The translations under genes and the position numbers were made by a program. A stretch of 64,000 nt of DNA from Rhodosorus marinus CCMP1338 (lineage: Eukaryota > Plantae > Rhodophyta). The stretch is from NCBI GenBank assembly GCA_029953675.1, contig JAMWBK010000003.1:3289002-3353001 (forward strand), read 5' to 3'. This document shows positions 57,243 to 64,000 of the stretch, one piece after another; position 1 is the first letter of the stretch; each line of letters starts with the position of its first letter. The notes beneath the pieces are model-generated. The model worked only from the letters and a program-made list of their open reading frames with translations. It was not told where the DNA came from and searched no databases.

Positions 57243-59921
57243 ATGAGCAGCTCCTCAGACGAATATACTCCGAACCGCTCTCGCTCATCCCGCCGTGCTC
57301 GTGCTCGTCGCCAACGACCTCCCACTTCGACGCAGTCACTCTTCGAGACCGACTCGAACGCCTGGCTCTCGTCTCTGCACGACTTCACTCTCAACGTAAC
57401 CGATAATGGCAACCGCTGGTGGCAGCTGACTCAGGCTCCGACGCCTACTCGCCAATTCGTCCCCGATAACCTGAAAACACGCTGGAACCATCTCATGTCG
57501 AAAGCCCTGGAACTTGCCCTTGATACGTCAGCGCCGAACCTGTCACGCCTGTTCATCTTCGCTCTCCCCAGTCTCGCACTCGGCTACACAGGCGACCTGG
57601 CCCCTTCTGCGCAGATGCTCGCCGTTATGGACGGAAGGTTCTCCACGGTGTGGGAACACCTTACTGCTCACAGCAAAACCCTTGACACCAACTGTATCGT
57701 ACCTCCGCCGCCTCAGACCCGCCACCGACAGAAACGAGCCCTACAACTCGCCAAAGCTCAACGTATGTCCCAGTCTAGCCAACTCCTACTGGCCACCGAT
57801 CTTGCCTCGAAGACTCCTGCCACCTGGCGCGTTCTGACTACGCTCTTCCCTGAGTACGAGGCCGCAACGCTCTCCTCGGAGCTTGAAGACGCCCTACAGG
57901 CAAAGCTCAACGGACTGCAACGCAATATATGGGACCCGACTTTGGCCTCTGACGAGAGCCTCCTGTCAACGCTGGAACACCTACCGTACGCCACAGCCCC
58001 CGGGCCGAGTGGACTCAAAGCCGAACATCTGCGAAGTCTCACCATGACAACGCAACCGGTACTTGTACGCTTCCTTCGCAAGCTTGCCACCACTCCGGAG
58101 AGCTTCCCTGACGTGTTTCTCGAAGCCATGCGCAGCAACCGACTCCTCGCGAAAGACAAGCGAACGTCTGCCGAAGCTAGACAAGGGTACCCTCTTCGCC
58201 TACGCCCGCTAGGGATTCCTGAGGTACTGCGGAAGGCCGTCACCCAATGGACACTTCGCGCTGTCGCCACGCCCCTTCGCGACTTTCTGCTCCCGGAACA
58301 ACTCGGCATCTCGGTCAGCGGCGGCTGCGAACACGCCATCCACCTCGCGGAAGCCCACCTCGCAGCGCGCCCGAATGACGTGCTCCTCAAACTTGATCTC
58401 GCAAACGCGTTCAACAGAATCGACCGACGCCTCGCAAACCGTATCATCGAGCTAGCTTTCCCCGAATTGAAGTCGCTTATGACAATGAGCTACGGACCAC
58501 GAGGCGAGAGCGCCCCACGCCAATTCGGATGGCGAGACAGCGATGTCGATGACTGGCTCCAGCTCCGAGCCTGGACTGGAGTCCAACAAGGCGATCCGTT
58601 GGGACCTGCTTTACACGCGCTCGCCCTTTCCCCACTCCTACGAGCACTACGAGACCGGTTTCCGAGGATCACCCTTAGCGCAATCCACGACGACCTCACC
58701 TTACTTGGCCCTCTGAAGGACGTGAAAGAAGCGCTACACTGGAGCGAGCACCACCTCCCCGAAATAGGCGCACAACTTCAAAGGACGAAATGCGAGCTTT
58801 TTGGACTCCAACTGCCGACGACCAGACTCGTCAACAGGGAAATTCCCGACGTACATGTCACCCGGGACGGAATCCAACTTTATTCCATCCCTATTGGCAC
58901 ACGGACCTACGTCCAAGACGCGAACAGGAAGCTACAACGAGAACATGAAAAACTCGTCCAAGAGGTCATCCGTCTACCGACCACTGAGCTACCAATTAAA
59001 CTGTGCCTATTCCGCTACTGCGCAGGACCGCGTCTAGACTTTGCTCTACGCACGCTCGCCCTACAATACGGAGCCAATCTCGCACGCGAAGCCGATCGCA
59101 TCTCGCTCCTGGAACTCGACAAACTGTGCGGCTCGCTCCTCGAAGGCCAGGGCCTCACAGGACCCGCAAAAGACGTGGTCGAAGCGCAGATCCAGCTCCC
59201 TTGCCGATGGGGTGGCGCAGGCCTAGCGATGAGAACACGAATACAACCCCTCGCCTTCTTCAGCAGTTGGCGACAGACTCTGAAGCTCAATTGGACTGGA
59301 TCTAGCCACCTAGGAGCGCTACTCGATGCCTGCACATCGACGAACCTGACCGAGCACCATCACATTCGACCCCTGCTCCACTCGACGGATCAACTTGGAG
59401 CACAACTAATCGAAGCGAGCCTCCACTCAAAACGCTGCCTGGCACGAGGAACACCGGCCCCCATACTCCGCCTAACAGAATGGCAATCGTTGGAGAGCCA
59501 AGAACAAGCAGAGAACCCGCACACACCACCCGACAGGCCCTTGATCGGTTCAACCCAAAAACTCCTCTCCAACTGGAGTCACCGACGGGCATTCGAGGAA
59601 ATGGTGGAGAACGCGGAGATCAGCGAGACGGCACGTGCGCGAATACGCTCCTGCAAGGGATCAGGAGGGGGTACTTGGCTGCGAGACTTGCCAAGGAAAC
59701 ACGGACGCGGCCTAAGTAGCGGAGAACTGAACCTGAGCCTTCGACAACTGTTGGGATTACCCCTGCCGGGTGTACGAATACTTGGTACGTGTACGATATG
59801 TTCCCAACCACACGACGCTGCAGGCATTCAACGCCTTCACCACTGCACCAGCTCTACCGGCAGTTGGACAATTCGGCATAACATGGTCAGGGACGCCCTG
59901 GCGACAGTGCTGGGGACGTAA
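57243..59921 (+). CDS. Family B ORF2: RT + variant Zn knuckle
   Basis: APGPSGLKAEHL, RPLGIPEVLRK, QLGISVSGGCE, DLANAFN, GVQQGDPLGP, AIHDD, CTIC...HHC. Confidence 0.92.
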   Translation: MSSSSDEYTPNRSRSSRRARARRQRPPTSTQSLFETDSNAWLSSLHDFTLNVTDNGNRWWQLTQAPTPTRQFVPDNLKTRWNHLMSKALELALDTSAPNLSRLFIFALPSLALGYTGDLAPSAQMLAVMDGRFSTVWEHLTAHSKTLDTNCIVPPPPQTRHRQKRALQLAKAQRMSQSSQLLLATDLASKTPATWRVLTTLFPEYEAATLSSELEDALQAKLNGLQRNIWDPTLASDESLLSTLEHLPYATAPGPSGLKAEHLRSLTMTTQPVLVRFLRKLATTPESFPDVFLEAMRSNRLLAKDKRTSAEARQGYPLRLRPLGIPEVLRKAVTQWTLRAVATPLRDFLLPEQLGISVSGGCEHAIHLAEAHLAARPNDVLLKLDLANAFNRIDRRLANRIIELAFPELKSLMTMSYGPRGESAPRQFGWRDSDVDDWLQLRAWTGVQQGDPLGPALHALALSPLLRALRDRFPRITLSAIHDDLTLLGPLKDVKEALHWSEHHLPEIGAQLQRTKCELFGLQLPTTRLVNREIPDVHVTRDGIQLYSIPIGTRTYVQDANRKLQREHEKLVQEVIRLPTTELPIKLCLFRYCAGPRLDFALRTLALQYGANLAREADRISLLELDKLCGSLLEGQGLTGPAKDVVEAQIQLPCRWGGAGLAMRTRIQPLAFFSSWRQTLKLNWTGSSHLGALLDACTSTNLTEHHHIRPLLHSTDQLGAQLIEASLHSKRCLARGTPAPILRLTEWQSLESQEQAENPHTPPDRPLIGSTQKLLSNWSHRRAFEEMVENAEISETARARIRSCKGSGGGTWLRDLPRKHGRGLSSGELNLSLRQLLGLPLPGVRILGTCTICSQPHDAAGIQRLHHCTSSTGSWTIRHNMVRDALATVLGT

Positions 59922-59935
59922 CCCCATGACTAGAA

Positions 59936-60400
59936 GTGACAATAGAACCGACCGGACACTACCAAGGCAGTCGGCTTCGGCCTGACATTCTAGCCCGACA
60001 CCCACGAACAGGCAAGCTCTACGTGATCGATGTGAAGGTGACCTCGCCTTTGCAAAGAACACACCTCCACAAAGCGTCTTGGGAGACCGGGTATGCGGCA
60101 CGGAAAGCGGAAAAGTTTAAAGAGTCCAAATACCGTGACAGTATCGGAGAACATAACGACGACATCTTCGTCCCCTTCTGCCTGGAAACATTTGGGCAGA
60201 TGGGACAACAAGCGAGTGAGTTCCTCAAGGAAGCGACTATACACCTGGATCAGCGGGCAACGCAAGTAAGTGAGGCTCGGGCGATCTTGAACCGCACTTT
60301 GTGGAAAGGAAACGCTATCCTTGCCACCCAGGCACGTCGTGTCGACGAAGCAGACTATGACATCGTCCCTATCTTAGAACGTAGCCACACAACCCATTAG
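59936..60400 (+). CDS. Family B restriction-like endonuclease domain, out of frame with the RT
   Basis: RPDILARH...YVIDVKV...KAEKFKESKY...FVPFCLETFG. Confidence 0.88.
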   Translation: MTIEPTGHYQGSRLRPDILARHPRTGKLYVIDVKVTSPLQRTHLHKASWETGYAARKAEKFKESKYRDSIGEHNDDIFVPFCLETFGQMGQQASEFLKEATIHLDQRATQVSEARAILNRTLWKGNAILATQARRVDEADYDIVPILERSHTTH

Positions 60401-60478
60401 GGGTTTCTTTGCTGACCAATAGGATCCTTATTGCTTCTTAATGGGCTCCAATAGGGAGTTCTTCAGTAAAGTGTACGC

Positions 60479-60924
60479 GGTTACGTTAGTCTGCCCAATA
60501 AAGCTCACGGTTACGTTAGTCTGGGGTTAGTCTGGGGTTACGTTAGTCTGGGGTAAAGAGGCGATGAGTGTGGAAAAGCCCGAGGAGAAGTTCATCCCGA
60601 TCGCGATAGAGACCTTTGGGCGGAGCGGGAGGTTGACGCAAGACTTTTTGCGGGACAGTTGTAAACACTTGTTGCATCGAGATGAGGAGCTGAGGGATGC
60701 ACGATCCCAGTTAAACAGGATCCTATGGCAGGGCAACGCGGCGATTGCGCTTGGCGCTCTACGTGCGGACCAGTTGGAGAACCCACTGGTTCCTGTTTTT
60801 TCTTTTGAACGTAGCATGAGACCCCGGTAGCGGGGTTGTTGTGAGTGATTCCCTAGATAGCAATCGGCTTAGTGTTACGTCGCATTAGGCGACTGCCCAA
60901 TAAAGCTCACGGTTACGTTAGTCT
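60479..60924 (+). mobile_element. Array: telomere 60479-60493 / 15-nt A stub 60494-60508 / telomere 60509-60554 / 5'-truncated A 60555-60910 / telomere 60911-60924
   Basis: Both A pieces end AATAAAGCTCAC|GGTTAC. 60555-60910 appears identical to 63220-63575. Confidence 0.92.
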
Positions 60925-63575
60925 AGCCCCGCCAGTGTGGATTCACCGGTGGAGATTGTGGAAGCCCTCCAAGGCCTACTCACGACGGCCCACGACACAC
61001 TGAAGAGGCGGTGGGATCCAAAAACGGCTGCCGACGAAGGCCTCCTCTCAATCGTGGCACGACTACCTCAAGGGACGAGCCCTGGACCGAGTGGAATGCG
61101 CGCGGAACATTTGCAAGGGGCGAACCAACAGACTCAGGTAGCACTGATTCGGGTCTTGCGCCAACTCGCCACCGCGCCCGGGCGATTCTCACCCCTTCTG
61201 CTACGAGCCTTGCGTAGCAGTAGACTTCTGCCTTTCTCGAAGCCAGCACAGGGGGGTAACTCCCAGGCCAAGGCAGGGATCCGCCCAATAGGCGTGCCGG
61301 AGGTCCTACGCAAAGTGGCAACTCAGTGGGCGCTGCGAGCGGTGATGGACCGGGTCCGCGAGCTGTTGGTGCCGTTGCAGCTGGGAATCGGGGTCAGCGG
61401 TGGCTGTGAACGGTCACTGCACGCCATCCAGGCCCACCTGTCATGTGAACCAGACTCGGTTGCACTTCGACTGGACCTCGAGAACGCCTTTAACCGCATT
61501 GACAGGCGAATTGCCAAGAAACTGGTGGCCCAGCACTTCCCTGAGCTCACAGCGGTGTATAGGCTCGGATATGGAGGCGATGGGGAAACACCGACGCTTT
61601 GTGGATGGCGGACGACGCAAGAAGACAACCACCTGCACAAGGACAGACTGACGCTGCAAGCAGAAACCGGAGTACAACAAGGCGACCCTTTAGGTCCGGT
61701 GCTACATGCGCTCTCCCTGGCCCCTTTTCTCAAGGCACTCAGCAACAAGTTTCAGGGAGTCACGATCGTCGCCATCCATGACGACATCACTCTGGTCGGC
61801 GCATTGCCTATATTGAAGGAGGCTCTCCAATGGGGACAGACCCTGCTACCGTGCCTTGGAGCCCGCCTGCAGCTCAGCAAATGCAGCCTTTATGGTCGAT
61901 CCCTCACCACTACACGCTTGGTGAACCGTGCGATTCCCGGCGTTCAAGTGACTAGGGAAGGCCTCACAATCCACTCCATCCCCATCGGCACTCGGCAGTA
62001 CATCGAGCACGAGTGTAGACGGCTGCAGAACAAACACGAGACGCTGTTCAAGGAGATTTCGAGCCTGCCAACCGATGAACTGCCTATCCAGCTTGCGCTT
62101 TACAGGTATTGCGCTGAAACGAGGTTGGATTACACCTTGCGATGCCTTGCCTACCCGTTTGGACGAGCTCTGGCCAGGGAAGCGGACAGTATGAGCAGAT
62201 ACCACTTAGAGGTCTTGTTTGGTGGCCTCTGCACGACGGCCTTGGTCGAGGATGAGCTGATACACCCGGTCAACGAGCAGATTTCGTTGCCCTGCCGATG
62301 GGGCGGATTGGGGTTCGCGACCCGTGCAAGAATACAGCCGATTGCGTTCTTCTCGGCCTGGGCGCAGACCCTGAGAGACCATGCGGGTCAGTGGCCCTAT
62401 ATAACGGAGGTGGAGCGACAGGTCAGGCAAGGTGGCGACATACACATCAGCCACTTAGGCCGACTGCAGGTGTCAACGGAGACGATCGGTGAGCAAATCC
62501 GCGCGTCTAGTCGTGCTATAGAGCGGAGACTGTGCCCAGACACGGCGCCGCGGATCCGGAGACTGGCCAAGCTGCCCGAATTGAGAGACGAAGCCGCACC
62601 TGAAGTAGCGGACTCCCCTCGCGATTGGAACCATGGTTCAATACAACAAACCCTCTCTAGGGAGGCACACCATCGCGCGTTCCAACGTTTGGTCGGCAAC
62701 GAGGGCGTTTCGCATGAACACCGTGCAAGAATCCGATCGGCGGCCGGCTCGGGTTCGGGGGTATGGCTGCGGGAACTACCGTTGCTAGAGCCGAGAAAGC
62801 TGGACTCACAGGAATTGCAGGTAAATGTTCGACAACTGCTGGGGCTGCCGATTCCGGGGTTGCGGACAACGGAGCAGTGCACCAGTTGCCGTAGGAAACA
62901 TGGCCCAAATGGGGTGCAACGATTTCAACACTGTCCAACATCGACGGGACTATGGCAGAGACGGCACGACGAGCTCTGTACGGAGCTAGGGAGATGGCTC
63001 AACCGATGGAATTTTCTTGACATACAGCAAGAACCGCAGAGGTATTTTGAGAATTACCAGCTGCGACCAGATATCGTGGCGACCCATCCAAAGACCTTTC
63101 AAAAGTACGCGATCGATGTGACGGTGATTTCACCGCTACAGGAAAAGTACATAAGGCGTGGCAGTGCAGAAAACGGGTATGCAGCGAAACTGGCGGAGAA
63201 CTACAAGCTCGCGCACTATAAAGAGGCGATGAGTGTGGAAAAGCCCGAGGAGAAGTTCATCCCGATCGCGATAGAGACCTTTGGGCGGAGCGGGAGGTTG
63301 ACGCAAGACTTTTTGCGGGACAGTTGTAAACACTTGTTGCATCGAGATGAGGAGCTGAGGGATGCACGATCCCAGTTAAACAGGATCCTATGGCAGGGCA
63401 ACGCGGCGATTGCGCTTGGCGCTCTACGTGCGGACCAGTTGGAGAACCCACTGGTTCCTGTTTTTTCTTTTGAACGTAGCATGAGACCCCGGTAGCGGGG
63501 TTGTTGTGAGTGATTCCCTAGATAGCAATCGGCTTAGTGTTACGTCGCATTAGGCGACTGCCCAATAAAGCTCAC
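60925..63575 (+). mobile_element. Terminal family A element, 5'-truncated, directly abutting the telomere
   Basis: Open RT-Zn-RLE frame, then an 80-nt 3' UTR, then the telomere. Confidence 0.95.
60937..63495 (+). CDS. Family A ORF2 (RT + variant Zn knuckle + RLE), N-terminally truncated but otherwise open
   Basis: SPGPSGMRAEHL, RPIGVPE, DLENAFN, GVQQGDPLGP, AIHDD, CTSC...QHC, RPDIVATHP...YAIDVTV, FIPIAIETFG. Confidence 0.93.
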   Translation: MDSPVEIVEALQGLLTTAHDTLKRRWDPKTAADEGLLSIVARLPQGTSPGPSGMRAEHLQGANQQTQVALIRVLRQLATAPGRFSPLLLRALRSSRLLPFSKPAQGGNSQAKAGIRPIGVPEVLRKVATQWALRAVMDRVRELLVPLQLGIGVSGGCERSLHAIQAHLSCEPDSVALRLDLENAFNRIDRRIAKKLVAQHFPELTAVYRLGYGGDGETPTLCGWRTTQEDNHLHKDRLTLQAETGVQQGDPLGPVLHALSLAPFLKALSNKFQGVTIVAIHDDITLVGALPILKEALQWGQTLLPCLGARLQLSKCSLYGRSLTTTRLVNRAIPGVQVTREGLTIHSIPIGTRQYIEHECRRLQNKHETLFKEISSLPTDELPIQLALYRYCAETRLDYTLRCLAYPFGRALAREADSMSRYHLEVLFGGLCTTALVEDELIHPVNEQISLPCRWGGLGFATRARIQPIAFFSAWAQTLRDHAGQWPYITEVERQVRQGGDIHISHLGRLQVSTETIGEQIRASSRAIERRLCPDTAPRIRRLAKLPELRDEAAPEVADSPRDWNHGSIQQTLSREAHHRAFQRLVGNEGVSHEHRARIRSAAGSGSGVWLRELPLLEPRKLDSQELQVNVRQLLGLPIPGLRTTEQCTSCRRKHGPNGVQRFQHCPTSTGLWQRRHDELCTELGRWLNRWNFLDIQQEPQRYFENYQLRPDIVATHPKTFQKYAIDVTVISPLQEKYIRRGSAENGYAAKLAENYKLAHYKEAMSVEKPEEKFIPIAIETFGRSGRLTQDFLRDSCKHLLHRDEELRDARSQLNRILWQGNAAIALGALRADQLENPLVPVFSFERSMRPR

Positions 63576-64000
63576 GGTTACGTTAGTCTGGGGTTACGTT
63601 AGTCTGGGGTTACGTTAGTCTGGGGTTACGTTAGTCTGGGGTTACGTTAGTCTGGGGTTACGTTAGTCTGGGGTTACGTTAGTCTGGGGTTACGTTAGTC
63701 TGGGGTTACGTTAGTCTGGGGTTACGTTAGTCTGGGGTTACGTTAGTCTGGGGTTACGTTAGTCTGGGGTTACGTTAGTCTGGGGTTACGTTAGTCTGGG
63801 GTTACGTTAGTCTGGGGTTACGTTAGTCTGGGGTTACGTTAGTCTGGGGTTACGTTAGTCTGGGGTTACGTTAGTCTGGGGTTACGTTAGTCTGGGGTTA
63901 CGTTAGTCTGGGGTTACGTTAGTCTGGGGTTACGTTAGTCTGGGGTTACGTTAGTCTGGGGTTACGTTAGTCTGGGGTTACGTTAGTCTGGGGTTACGTT
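63576..64000 (+). repeat. Telomere, (GGGGTTACGTTAGTCT)n, about 26.5 perfect units
   Basis: Homogeneous 16-nt G-rich tandem array running off the window end. Confidence 0.95.

Larger units (their letters stand above)
55659..60478 (+). mobile_element. Family B CRE-like non-LTR retrotransposon, apparently full length (~4.8 kb, two ORFs)
   Basis: Telomere repeats on both sides, short 5' UTR, ORF1, ORF2, and a 3' end AGTAAAGTGTACGC. Confidence 0.92.

Noticed and set aside
59917-59933. 16-nt GT...AG mini-intron as a fix for the family B frame break
   Set aside because: Removing it does not put the RLE in frame.
26731-63482. Numerous antisense and alternate-frame ORFs overlapping the retroelements (e.g. 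22785-23672, 32520-33098, 50902-51633, 57758-58447)
   Set aside because: Shadow ORFs of GC-rich RT coding sequence with no independent motifs.

Overview
This is the last 64 kb of a eukaryotic chromosome arm. It ends in about 26.5 perfect copies of an unusual 16-nt telomeric repeat, (GGGGTTACGTTAGTCT)n, at 63576-64000. Bases 1-9.4 kb hold ordinary intron-containing host genes: divergent SDH2, NAP/SET, an oxysterol-binding protein, a membrane protein and a WD40-like protein. The host is probably a compact-genome unicellular eukaryote; a red alga is my low-confidence guess. From 9.8 kb onward the window is a retroelement-rich subtelomere with at least four lineages of CRE-like non-LTR retrotransposons (RT + Zn knuckle + restriction-like endonuclease), labelled here A, B, C and D/E. 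It also holds one chromodomain Ty3/gypsy element and three secreted-protein genes. The main discovery is that families A and B insert into the telomeric repeat at one fixed phase (GG^GGTTAC; 9 junctions). They form head-to-tail arrays pointing at the chromosome end and share derived traits: an IHDD RT motif, an altered Zn knuckle, and a covarying 3' hairpin with a TAG loop followed by RNTAAAG. Family C instead targets ^AGT with 9-12 bp TSDs. Short interstitial telomere remnants at 11.6-12.0, 26.7, 48.3 (inverted) and 55.1 kb look like former chromosome ends. All alignments were done by eye; no searches were run.
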